In this document: piece after piece, positions 1-7,886 of the stretch
Position numbering within the stretch: position 1 is the first letter of the stretch
Layout: each line of letters starts with the position of its first letter
DNA from: Trichlorobacter lovleyi SZ
GTDB lineage: Bacteria; Desulfobacterota; Desulfuromonadia; Geobacterales; Pseudopelobacteraceae
Direction: 5' to 3'
Length of the DNA: 32,000 nucleotides
Assembly (NCBI RefSeq): GCF_000020385.1
Contig: NC_010814.1
Span: forward strand, 2,940,001-2,972,000
The notes under the pieces: generated by a model
Told to the model about the DNA's origin: nothing
The model's database searches: none
Seen by the model: only the letters and a program-made list of their open reading frames with translations
Position numbers and translations under genes: made by a program

Positions 1-1
1 A

Positions 2-370
2 CACTACGAGATCCGCATCCAGGGGACTGGCAATGCTCAGGTGACACTGGCAGCAGACAACCGCGCGTCGCTCCCTGATGGCTATACAGTTTCGGCCACC
101 GCAGCAGCACTGAGCGCAGGCCAACCACGACAGACCTATCCATTCTCCGCCAGCGGCGCGCCCCGCCTGTCGACATGGCAGTTGCTGGTGGAACAGGAAC
201 AGGTCACAGCCGGACCGCTGCCCGCTTTTTCCCTTACCATAAAAAACACGACCACCCTGCCACTGCCAGCCGGCAAGGCTGCGCTCTACTATGCCGGCGA
301 ATACCTTGGCACCACCGACTTTTCCGCTGTGGCAGCCGGAGCCTCCGCCACACTGACAGGCCCCAAATAA
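2..370 (+). CDS. 3' end of a gene that continues upstream of the window; uncharacterised protein, possibly DUF4139-like C-terminal region
   Basis: Frame 2 is open from base 2 (HYEIRIQGTGNAQVTLAADN...) to TAA at 368-370, and a hairpin follows at 371-408. The product guess rests only on the stretch LPAGKAALYYAGEYLGTTDF and is weak. Confidence 0.45.
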   Translation, partial: HYEIRIQGTGNAQVTLAADNRASLPDGYTVSATAAALSAGQPRQTYPFSASGAPRLSTWQLLVEQEQVTAGPLPAFSLTIKNTTTLPLPAGKAALYYAGEYLGTTDFSAVAAGASATLTGPK

Positions 371-408
371 GTAAAGGCCGGCACCTTTTGCAAGGAACCG
401 GCCTTTAC
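371..408. terminator. Bidirectional hairpin between convergent genes
   Basis: GTAAAGGCCGG (371-381) pairs with CCGGCCTTTAC (398-408). An inner CCTT/AAGG pairing sits around loop TTGC. On the minus strand the stem is followed by TTATTTGG. Confidence 0.6.
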
Positions 409-455
409 TGCAGCTGACAGACAACCGCACTGCCAATTCTGGGGCAGGATTGGGA

Positions 456-1463
456 CTACTTCAGGAAGACCTCAATCTTGGCCTTCTTTTTGGCATCTTC
501 CAACGTGGCATTAATTGCCTCAGTCACCTTTTTCCGCTTGAGTGAGTCAGCGATCTTGGCCTTGACTTCATCAAATGCAACCTTGGCTGCAGCCTTTTTC
601 TCGGTCAGCTTGATGATATGATAGCCGAACTGGGTCTCTACCACACCGCTCACGTCACCCGGCTTCATGGCAAAGGCGGTCTCTTCAAACGGTTTTACCA
701 TCTGACCCTTGCCGAAATACCCCAGATCCCCGCCCTGTTTGCTACTGGGGCAACCTGAGTTTTCCTGGGCCAGCTTGGCAAAATCAGCACCTGCCTTGAC
801 CTGCTTGAGCAGATCTTCAATCTTCTCTTTGGCCTTCTTTTTGTCCGCGTCAGTTGCCTTGGCATCCAGTGTAATCAGGATATGGCTGGCACGCACCTGC
901 TCCGGCTGGGTAAAGGTCTCGGGGTTTTTGTCATAAAACTCCTTCATCTCTGCATCTGTCACGACCTGTTTAGGCACAATCACCTGCTCAATATGGTTTT
1001 CAATAATCACATTGCGGCGAATCAGTTCACGCAGATCCTTTTCACTCAGTCCCTGCTCCTTCAGACCTTGCAGGTACTCATCATTTGTCTTGAAACGGGC
1101 CTTTAACTTGGTAACGGCATCATCAATCTTCTTATCCAGATCCTTGACCGGGGTAGCCTTGGCAACCTGATACATCAGTTCTCCGCCCAGCATCTGGTTC
1201 AGCAGGAACTGCTGCACTTCCTTCTCCTTACCGGGAGGCACCTGGGCTGCAGAAGGTGACTTGCTGAAGGCATTCAGCGCCTTCTGCAGATCCGCTGCAG
1301 GGATGGCAACGCCATTCACCCGTGCCACCGGGTCAGGCAACGAGTTGGTCTTTTCAACAGCAGCAGGAGCCGGCTTCTTCTCAGCAGCTCCTGCATCTGC
1401 ACTACCCAGCATGGCTACAGCTGCTGCCAGTACCGCAATGGTCAGACAACGGTTGAACATCAT
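456..1463 (-). CDS. Secreted peptidyl-prolyl cis-trans isomerase, parvulin (PpiC/SurA/PrsA-like) family
   Basis: Parvulin domain: ASHILI...GGDLGYFGKGQMVKPFEETAF...ETQFGYHIIK. Start trimmed to ATG 1463 (MMFNRCLTIAVLAAAVAMLGSADA, a signal peptide), which has AAGGAG 11 nt upstream. The track ORF began at 1520. Confidence 0.85.
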   Translation of the reverse strand: MMFNRCLTIAVLAAAVAMLGSADAGAAEKKPAPAAVEKTNSLPDPVARVNGVAIPAADLQKALNAFSKSPSAAQVPPGKEKEVQQFLLNQMLGGELMYQVAKATPVKDLDKKIDDAVTKLKARFKTNDEYLQGLKEQGLSEKDLRELIRRNVIIENHIEQVIVPKQVVTDAEMKEFYDKNPETFTQPEQVRASHILITLDAKATDADKKKAKEKIEDLLKQVKAGADFAKLAQENSGCPSSKQGGDLGYFGKGQMVKPFEETAFAMKPGDVSGVVETQFGYHIIKLTEKKAAAKVAFDEVKAKIADSLKRKKVTEAINATLEDAKKKAKIEVFLK

Positions 1464-1555
1464 AACAGTACAATCTCCTTTAGTGATGGTTTTGATTGAG
1501 AATGTATAACACGGCGTCAATCAAGGAAAAAGCGGATTTTTTTTAAGAATCATTT

Positions 1556-1584
1556 TTGACTTTTCAATTACTTTCGAGTACAGT
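1556..1584 (+). promoter_or_regulatory. Candidate sigma70-type promoter for the cheY-like operon
   Basis: TTGACT (1556-1561), 17-nt spacer, TACAGT (1579-1584), about 60 nt upstream of the cheY-like start. Sequence match only. Confidence 0.3.
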
Positions 1585-1647
1585 TCCGGCATACAAAACC
1601 TGCCATTCGGCAGGGCCACCAAAGCCACACTGGGAGGGAAGGTGTCT

Positions 1648-2007
1648 ATGAAGAAGGTGCTTGTCGTTGATGACAGCCTCTCCGTAACCCGCCAGCTGGA
1701 AAAGATCATAAATGATTCCGGCGATTTTGTCTGTGTCGGCCATGCAAAAAACGGGGCCGAGGCAATCAAGATGAACCATACGGAAGACCCTGACATTATC
1801 TGCATGGATATGAACATGCCCGGTATGGATGGTCTGACCGCCCTGCGCAGTCTGGTAATGCTGGACAAGGCAGTGCAGGTGGTAATGGTCACCTCCCTGG
1901 GGGGTGTCGGTGATAAGTTTACCGAGGCCATCAAACTTGGGGCAAAAAATGTTATTTCCAAGCCGTTTGAGACGGAAAACGTGCTGCGTATCCTGCGGGC
2001 GCTCTAA
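1648..2007 (+). CDS. cheY: Single-domain response regulator (CheY-like receiver)
   Basis: VLVVDDS..., IICMDMNMPGMDG (phospho-acceptor Asp), VVMVTS, ISKPF (conserved Lys). About 119 aa with no output domain. ATG 1648 lies downstream of GGGAGGGAAGG; GTG 1642 is the alternative start. Confidence 0.8.
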   Translation: MKKVLVVDDSLSVTRQLEKIINDSGDFVCVGHAKNGAEAIKMNHTEDPDIICMDMNMPGMDGLTALRSLVMLDKAVQVVMVTSLGGVGDKFTEAIKLGAKNVISKPFETENVLRILRAL

Positions 2008-2028
2008 CAGGGCTGGGGGGCTAAGCCA

Positions 2029-2895
2029 ATGGCAGTAAAATTCTTTGGACAATTTCTGGTGGAACAGGATGCGGTGACCGGTGAGTCGCTGCTCCACGCC
2101 ATAGAACTGCAGGAGCGGACTAATCTCAAACTGGGAGAGATGGCCGTTGCCATGGGGTTCATTACACAGCAGGATATTGAAACAGCCCATTCAGCCCAGC
2201 TGTCAAAAGACATGAAACTGGGCGATCTGCTGGTTGAGCTCGGTTTTCTTTCTCCAAGACAGTTGGAAGAGGTCATTGCCCACCAGAAGGCCACCCACCT
2301 CTATATCGGTGAGGCACTGGTCAAGGTTGGTGCTCTGACCCCGGAAAAACTTGATCATTATCTTGCTGCATTCAAGGCGGACCAGGCTCCCTATGTCGCC
2401 AACCATGTTGAACTGCCTGCCTGGCTCAGCGAGAATGCTACCGCCTGGGAAATGACCGTAGATCTGACCTACAAGATGATCACCAGGGTCATCGGCATTC
2501 AATTTCGTCCCGGTAAATTTTTCGAGACCAGCGTGCTTTCCAGTAACCATATGATTGCTGCCATGGATCTCAGCGGCGACCTGACCGCCCGTTACCTGCT
2601 CTCGGTCTCGGCCGGCATTCAAAAAACCATCGCCAAGGCAATTCTTAAAGAAGACAATGTTGACCATGAGGACGATGAAATCCTTGAAGACACGGTGATG
2701 GAATTTGTGAACATCGTCTGCGGCAACGTTGTGGCAAAGGCATCACAGATGGGGGTTACGCTTGACATCAATCCCCCGATCACGCTGCATCCCTCATCGG
2801 ACGGTCTGGTCGTACCGGACAATTACCGTTGTGTTGTATTCCCTATCCATGTCGGTGATGATGAAGTCATGGAAATGGCTCTGTTTATCAAATAG
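2029..2895 (+). CDS. Fusion protein: N-terminal tandem MshEN/T2SSE_N-like 24-residue motifs plus C-terminal CheX/CheC-family CheY-P phosphatase-like domain
   Basis: Four 24-residue units at a strict 29-residue period (res 5-28, 34-57, 63-86, 92-115). Units 2 and 3 are KLGEMAVAMGFITQQDIETAHSAQ and KLGDLLVELGFLSPRQLEEVIAHQ, joined by a 5-residue spacer. The C-terminal half has D221-x3-E225-x2-N228 (DTVMEFVN) followed by PP249-250, as in CheC/CheX/FliY. It lies 21 nt downstream of the cheY-like gene. Confidence 0.7.
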   Translation: MAVKFFGQFLVEQDAVTGESLLHAIELQERTNLKLGEMAVAMGFITQQDIETAHSAQLSKDMKLGDLLVELGFLSPRQLEEVIAHQKATHLYIGEALVKVGALTPEKLDHYLAAFKADQAPYVANHVELPAWLSENATAWEMTVDLTYKMITRVIGIQFRPGKFFETSVLSSNHMIAAMDLSGDLTARYLLSVSAGIQKTIAKAILKEDNVDHEDDEILEDTVMEFVNIVCGNVVAKASQMGVTLDINPPITLHPSSDGLVVPDNYRCVVFPIHVGDDEVMEMALFIK

Positions 2896-2919
2896 CTGCT
2901 TTCCAGTAGACGGAAACCG

Positions 2920-2949
2920 ACAAGGGCACCCCCACCAGGGTGCCCTTGT
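2920..2949. terminator. Bidirectional hairpin terminator between convergent operons
   Basis: ACAAGGGCACCC (2920-2931) pairs with GGGTGCCCTTGT (2938-2949): a 12-bp perfect stem with a 6-nt loop. The 3' arm touches the stop codon of the minus-strand methyltransferase. Confidence 0.7.
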
Positions 2950-3686
2950 TACGTTCCAAGCAAGATCTTTGTCACCTCATCCGTATAATGTTCCGTATCG
3001 CTCCTCACCAGCAGTGGTGGCAGAATCTGCAGATTGGCAGACGTTCTCCCCTTTGTCAGCTCCACCAGAAAGACCTTGGCCGGTGCAGCGGGCAAGCCAT
3101 GCACCATCCTTAGCCGTAGTACTGCAAGCTTCTGAGCAGCAGCCTCAACCATTAATTCGACCAGACGGTCCGGGTGATGGACCATGCAGATTCTTCCGGA
3201 AGGCTTGACCAGATACTTGGCCGCAGCCAGAAAATCAGCCAGCCCTGCCGTGGTCTCATGACGGGCGGCCAGTTTTCCGGGGTGGGGGTTCAACCGTCCC
3301 CTGCCCTGCTTGCGATAGGGGGGGTTACTAACCACCAGGTCGCAGCTTGAAACCGGCAGATGGCGCCGGACCTGCAACACATCATCGTGAAGCACGGTTA
3401 CCCGCTCTGCCAAACCATTCAAACCGACATTTTGTCGAGCCAGCGAAGCGGCAGCGTCATCCTGTTCAAAAGCTGTAATATGGGCAGCAGCTGCCATGCG
3501 AGCAAGAACAAGTGCCATGACGCCGCAGCCGGTCCCCAGGTCAACAATGGATGTTTCCTGACTGGCATTGGCAAAGTCACACAGTAGCAAAGGATCAAGG
3601 CTGAAGCGATACCCCTGCTTTGGCTGCAGCAAGGTCAGACCAAACCGTTTCAGTTCATCCTGGGTAACGTCAGACTGTTGATCCAT
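2949..3686 (-). CDS. NPPY-motif SAM-dependent methyltransferase, TrmN6/YfiC-like (tRNA m6A37 methyltransferase family)
   Basis: GYRFSLDPLLL, DLGTGCGV (SAM motif I), VVSNPPY. Start trimmed to ATG 3686 (MDQQSDV), with GGAG 9 nt upstream. It overlaps the upstream gene by 17 nt. Confidence 0.65.
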   Translation of the reverse strand: MDQQSDVTQDELKRFGLTLLQPKQGYRFSLDPLLLCDFANASQETSIVDLGTGCGVMALVLARMAAAAHITAFEQDDAAASLARQNVGLNGLAERVTVLHDDVLQVRRHLPVSSCDLVVSNPPYRKQGRGRLNPHPGKLAARHETTAGLADFLAAAKYLVKPSGRICMVHHPDRLVELMVEAAAQKLAVLRLRMVHGLPAAPAKVFLVELTKGRTSANLQILPPLLVRSDTEHYTDEVTKILLGT

Positions 3687-6087
3687 GCTCACGTCTCCGC
3701 AACCACCACTCCCGAACGGCCACAACGCCAAACAGAGCAAACGAACCCAAGGTTAACCACTTACCAATTTTAAACGGCAGTGGATCAAAACGGAACTCAA
3801 CCGTATGCTTTCCGGGTGTCAGGTAAACCCCGCGCAGGATGTGGTTGACCGGAACGATAGGAGTTGGTTTGCCGTTGTCAATGGCATACCACCAGTTATA
3901 ATATTTCTCGCCAAGCACCAATAAAGCTGATTGAGGCGTGTTTGCAGACAACCGGATACGGTTTGGCTCATACCGTTCTATGCTAACTGCAGGCAATGCC
4001 GCGACTCCCCCAGACAGAGCGACCGGCGGGGCAGACTCAACCACAGCAACAGCACGGGGGTCAAACTGCGGCCCGCGCATGAAAGCAATCCGATCGCGGG
4101 GAGACGGTATCTGACGTATGGCCGGCACCAGCCAGGCCTTGGGCAGCACAGTCCTGTTTTCCAACACAATCGCGTTGTTGGCAGAATGAAACACTGGCTG
4201 ATACTTGCTGACTAGTAATTCCTTCTGGGCATTATACTCGTTAGCCGGCATCACCAGATATTTAAGGTTCATGATATCCGGCATTGCCGAGAGTAACACC
4301 AGATTATCCAAGTATTCCCGATAGCGCTTCTCACTGACCGTCACATAGGAGGCCACGGTAGGCAGATGGTAGTCGCTATAGTAATGAGCCTCCTGCTCGT
4401 TGAGCGGTTGCATCCGGTACAGCCCGATCTGTTTTTCCAGGAATGCGACCGTATCCGTTTTGGCCCGTTGTTTATCTGCAACCGGTGGAGCCGTAACTAC
4501 GAGGAAGCGGGTGTTTACCCTCCAGAGGTCTGCAACCAGAAGTAGCCCCAACAGTGGCACAATCACCGACCAGCGCAGCCAACGCTTATACCCGGCAAAC
4601 AACACCACTAAATAAACGCAGGCAATACCAAAAGCAGTCCCCACTTCAGTCAGCATAAACCAGATCCGCTCATTGATCAGCCCGATGCCGCTCTGATAGC
4701 GAGTGGATTCATCAATAAATCCTCTGGTAAGCGCGAGAATCTTCTCAGGCATCATCATCACCTGTAGCCATAGCGCCCCGATAATCAGTACCATCAGTGC
4801 AAGGGCAGCTATCCACCCCGGAAGCTTCTGCTGCAATTCCTCCTGATCACTCAACAGCAGATCAATTGCCCTCCCCATCAGCACTGCTGCAGCAAAGGCA
4901 CAGAGAAACAGGATCATCTTCGGCACCCGAAAGGTGGAAAAACCCGGCAGATGGTCAAACATAAACTGATAGACAAAGGTATACTTACCCAAGGCCATCA
5001 GCAGGGCACTCCCCATCAGAAAGCTGAAAAACCAGTTCAGGCGGTCTCGCCTGAACAACAATGGCAACGGCAATAAGAACCACGGTAACAGGCCCAGGTA
5101 GTCACTGGTCTGGGTGAAGTACATCCGCCCCCAGTAATAGGCCTCACCTTTTTGAGGCGTATCGCCGGCTTCCTGTCGGGAAAAACCGAACATGCCCGGT
5201 ATCAGAAAGGTGGCAATCTCTTCAGGCGGCATTGACCAACTCATCCCTTGAGTCTGGCTCATACCTCCGCCCCGTTCAGACTGTTTCGACCAGCTTAAGA
5301 GCGGCGCAAACGACATGGCAATGGTACTGAAAAAGAAAGCAACCATAACCACTGCAAGGGCGACATCTCTGGATAACGCCCTGACTCGATAATTGCCCAC
5401 CTCGTCATGCCAGCGGAATACCACCTGGAACAGCCAGTACACAGCAACAGCAAGACAGGTATAAAAGGATATCTGCCAGTGCATGTGGAAGAACTGAACC
5501 GCAAGTAACAAGCCTGTCAACAGATAGTGAAACAGCCGCCCTCCGACCAGGGCAGACTCAAATGCGAGCAAAATCCAGGGTAGCCAGGCAATAGCTTCAA
5601 TTTTCTGAATATGCCCGGCATTGATCAGGGTCAGGTTTTCTGAACAGAGGGCAAATAACAGGCCGGCCAGAAAGGCACCAACACGACTGACACCAATTCG
5701 ACGGCAGTAATAAAATGTTCCGATACCTCCCCACGCCAGAGCCAGCACAGCCAGCCAGGCAATACTGGCAGGAAACGGCAGCAGACGCTGGATCAAATAA
5801 CGATGAAACAGGAGCGTAATGGCATTCCAGCCCCCCTCCAAGGAGCGCCCTCCATCGCTGAACGGCTCCCAGTTGGCCTGAAAGGCGCCAGCCACACTGG
5901 TCAGGTACTCAAACGGGGTCTGTTGCTTGACCTGTTTGGCAGCCCAGAAAAACTGAGTAATCACATCTGAAGCCCTGATGATCTGGTCGGTGAAAAGTAT
6001 CCGTCCACAAAACAAGACCACCACGCAAAGCAGCAGAATAGCCCAGAACAGGTCATGATCCCAGAGACGCGGTTTCTGTTCAACCAT
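3670..6087 (-). CDS. Large polytopic membrane protein, YfhO-like / GT-C-fold glycosyltransferase candidate
   Basis: 805 aa. Many hydrophobic helices in the first ~560 residues, then a soluble (periplasmic?) region and a final TM helix. An acidic residue sits in the first loop (ASDVITQFFW). GGAG lies 7 nt upstream of ATG 6087. The family call is by architecture only. Confidence 0.5.
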   Translation of the reverse strand: MVEQKPRLWDHDLFWAILLLCVVVLFCGRILFTDQIIRASDVITQFFWAAKQVKQQTPFEYLTSVAGAFQANWEPFSDGGRSLEGGWNAITLLFHRYLIQRLLPFPASIAWLAVLALAWGGIGTFYYCRRIGVSRVGAFLAGLLFALCSENLTLINAGHIQKIEAIAWLPWILLAFESALVGGRLFHYLLTGLLLAVQFFHMHWQISFYTCLAVAVYWLFQVVFRWHDEVGNYRVRALSRDVALAVVMVAFFFSTIAMSFAPLLSWSKQSERGGGMSQTQGMSWSMPPEEIATFLIPGMFGFSRQEAGDTPQKGEAYYWGRMYFTQTSDYLGLLPWFLLPLPLLFRRDRLNWFFSFLMGSALLMALGKYTFVYQFMFDHLPGFSTFRVPKMILFLCAFAAAVLMGRAIDLLLSDQEELQQKLPGWIAALALMVLIIGALWLQVMMMPEKILALTRGFIDESTRYQSGIGLINERIWFMLTEVGTAFGIACVYLVVLFAGYKRWLRWSVIVPLLGLLLVADLWRVNTRFLVVTAPPVADKQRAKTDTVAFLEKQIGLYRMQPLNEQEAHYYSDYHLPTVASYVTVSEKRYREYLDNLVLLSAMPDIMNLKYLVMPANEYNAQKELLVSKYQPVFHSANNAIVLENRTVLPKAWLVPAIRQIPSPRDRIAFMRGPQFDPRAVAVVESAPPVALSGGVAALPAVSIERYEPNRIRLSANTPQSALLVLGEKYYNWWYAIDNGKPTPIVPVNHILRGVYLTPGKHTVEFRFDPLPFKIGKWLTLGSFALFGVVAVREWWLRRREHGSTV

Positions 6088-7105
6088 GCTGTTGCTCCTT
6101 ATGCGACTCGATCATATCGCGATAGATTTCTTCCAGACGAGACATCATTCCCTCAATGGTAAATTGTGCAAGAAAAGCCTGGCCATTGGCAACCAGCTGG
6201 CGGGATTGTTCCGGTTTTGTCAGACACTGTATCAGACAGTCTGCCAATGCTTCCGTATCATCCAGGTCAAACAAAAAACCGGTTTCACCATGCTGTACCA
6301 GTTCCGGATGACCGCCAACCCGTGAAACAACAGGGGGCAACCCGGCCATGGTTCCCTCGGCAATCACCAACGGTGTAGCCTCAATTTCCGACGGCAGCAC
6401 CAACACCTTGCCCCTGCTGTAGGTCTGATACACCTGTTCCCGCGGCATGCCGTAGATGTACTCAACCGGCAGGTTGCGCGACAGAAAACGGGCAAACAAC
6501 CTTGAGTGCAACGGTTCCTTACCAATCACCAACACCCTGGCAGCGGGCACCTTTTCCAGTACCAAAGGCAGGGCTTTCAGCAAACGGTGCAAACCTTTGC
6601 GAAAATAATCGCCGCCCACAAACAGAATCAGATCCTCACGCTGCTGCCACGGTTTGGGGGTAATGGCTGAATAATCCAATCCAAAATAGAAGCTGAGATA
6701 CTTGCGGGGATGCTGAATCAGATCATACAGAAACTGGCCGTGCAGGATCAGGCCATCAATCTTTTTAAATAGAAAATGATACTTCAGCCTTCGCAGCTTC
6801 TGCAGCAGAAAACGCAGCGGGAAGTCCGGGCAGAAAAAGTGGTAATAATGAACCCAGTAATAGTCATGGACATCCACCACCAAAGGACAGCGCAGACGAC
6901 GGGCCACAGCCCAGGAGAGATGCTTCAGGTTGGTACAGTGGGCAACATCCCAATCACCGGCGAGGTCCTGCTCGGATTCATACAATTTGACAGTACAGCG
7001 TTTACCCAGTTCCCTCAGCAGGTTGGCCTCATAGGTGCCACTGCCGGTTAAAGACAGATTGGGACGGGTCAACAACAGGACCTTTAATCGGTTGTCACTG
7101 GTCAC
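6080..7105 (-). CDS. Glycosyltransferase family 4 (GT-B, glycos_transf_1)
   Basis: C-terminal EATPLVIAEGTMAGLPPVVSRVGGHPELVQHGETGFLF. Start moved to GTG 7105, which forms a GTGA overlap with the upstream stop (7102-7104). GGAAAGG lies upstream. The track start at 7201 would overlap the neighbour by 100 nt. Confidence 0.75.
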   Translation of the reverse strand: MTSDNRLKVLLLTRPNLSLTGSGTYEANLLRELGKRCTVKLYESEQDLAGDWDVAHCTNLKHLSWAVARRLRCPLVVDVHDYYWVHYYHFFCPDFPLRFLLQKLRRLKYHFLFKKIDGLILHGQFLYDLIQHPRKYLSFYFGLDYSAITPKPWQQREDLILFVGGDYFRKGLHRLLKALPLVLEKVPAARVLVIGKEPLHSRLFARFLSRNLPVEYIYGMPREQVYQTYSRGKVLVLPSEIEATPLVIAEGTMAGLPPVVSRVGGHPELVQHGETGFLFDLDDTEALADCLIQCLTKPEQSRQLVANGQAFLAQFTIEGMMSRLEEIYRDMIESHKEQQHG

Positions 7106-7884
7106 GACAACACCTTTCCAGGCAATCCACTCCTTTTTAATAAACGGTACAGAGCAGAATGAATGATCTGATAATAGAGTGGCAACAGGTATGAAAACCA
7201 CCAGGGGAAGAGAGCCGGATGCAGGGCCGCTATCAGACGATGCATGGCCAGCCGCTTCTGGCTGTCCATAAGCGCATTCATAGATTCATGCCTGATGCGG
7301 TACCCAAACCCCACCTCCGGCAGCCTCAGCACCTTACGCCCCAACTCCAGCAAAGAGATCCAGAACTCCCAATCCTCACAGCCGTAACGCATCTCCGGCT
7401 TATAGCCACCTACCTTTTCCCAATCTGCCTTTCTGAACAAGGCAGAACAGAAGATCAGGTTGCTGAACCGCATCCGGGATAATGAGAAGGAAGCGGCCTG
7501 TATCAGCCCCTCGGCATCCCCGAACTTTTCCCCCCTGCAGTACACGATGCCGAGTTCCAGGTCAGCCTCAAGGGCTGCCGCAGCCTGACTGATATAGTGC
7601 GGCCCAATCCGGTCATCCGCATCCAATGGCAGGATATACTGTCCTTGAGCTGCAGCTATGCCTGTATTACGAGCTGTGGACAGTCCACCATTCTGACGCC
7701 GCACCAAGCTGGTTCTGGGATAGTTCAGCGTCTCCAGAATCAGGCAGGTTTCCGGTTCAGTGGAACCATCGTCCACCACAATGATCTCCAGATCTTCAAA
7801 ATCAGATGCCAGTACCGAAGCGATTGATTCTGCCAGATACGCCCCCTGATTGTAGCAGGGTATGATCACAGAGACGGCTGGCAT
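7102..7884 (-). CDS. Glycosyltransferase family 2
   Basis: VSVIIPCYNQGAYLAESIASVL...LEIIVVDDGSTE, DADD, CEDWEFW. Confidence 0.85.
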   Translation of the reverse strand: MPAVSVIIPCYNQGAYLAESIASVLASDFEDLEIIVVDDGSTEPETCLILETLNYPRTSLVRRQNGGLSTARNTGIAAAQGQYILPLDADDRIGPHYISQAAAALEADLELGIVYCRGEKFGDAEGLIQAASFSLSRMRFSNLIFCSALFRKADWEKVGGYKPEMRYGCEDWEFWISLLELGRKVLRLPEVGFGYRIRHESMNALMDSQKRLAMHRLIAALHPALFPWWFSYLLPLYYQIIHSALYRLLKRSGLPGKVLS

Positions 7885-7886
7885 AG

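Noticed and set aside
1521-2190. Two minus-strand ORFs (146 and 208 aa) overlapping the cheY-like gene
   Set aside because: They are antisense to a clear receiver-domain gene and to the start of the MshEN-CheX gene. They have no motifs or SD.
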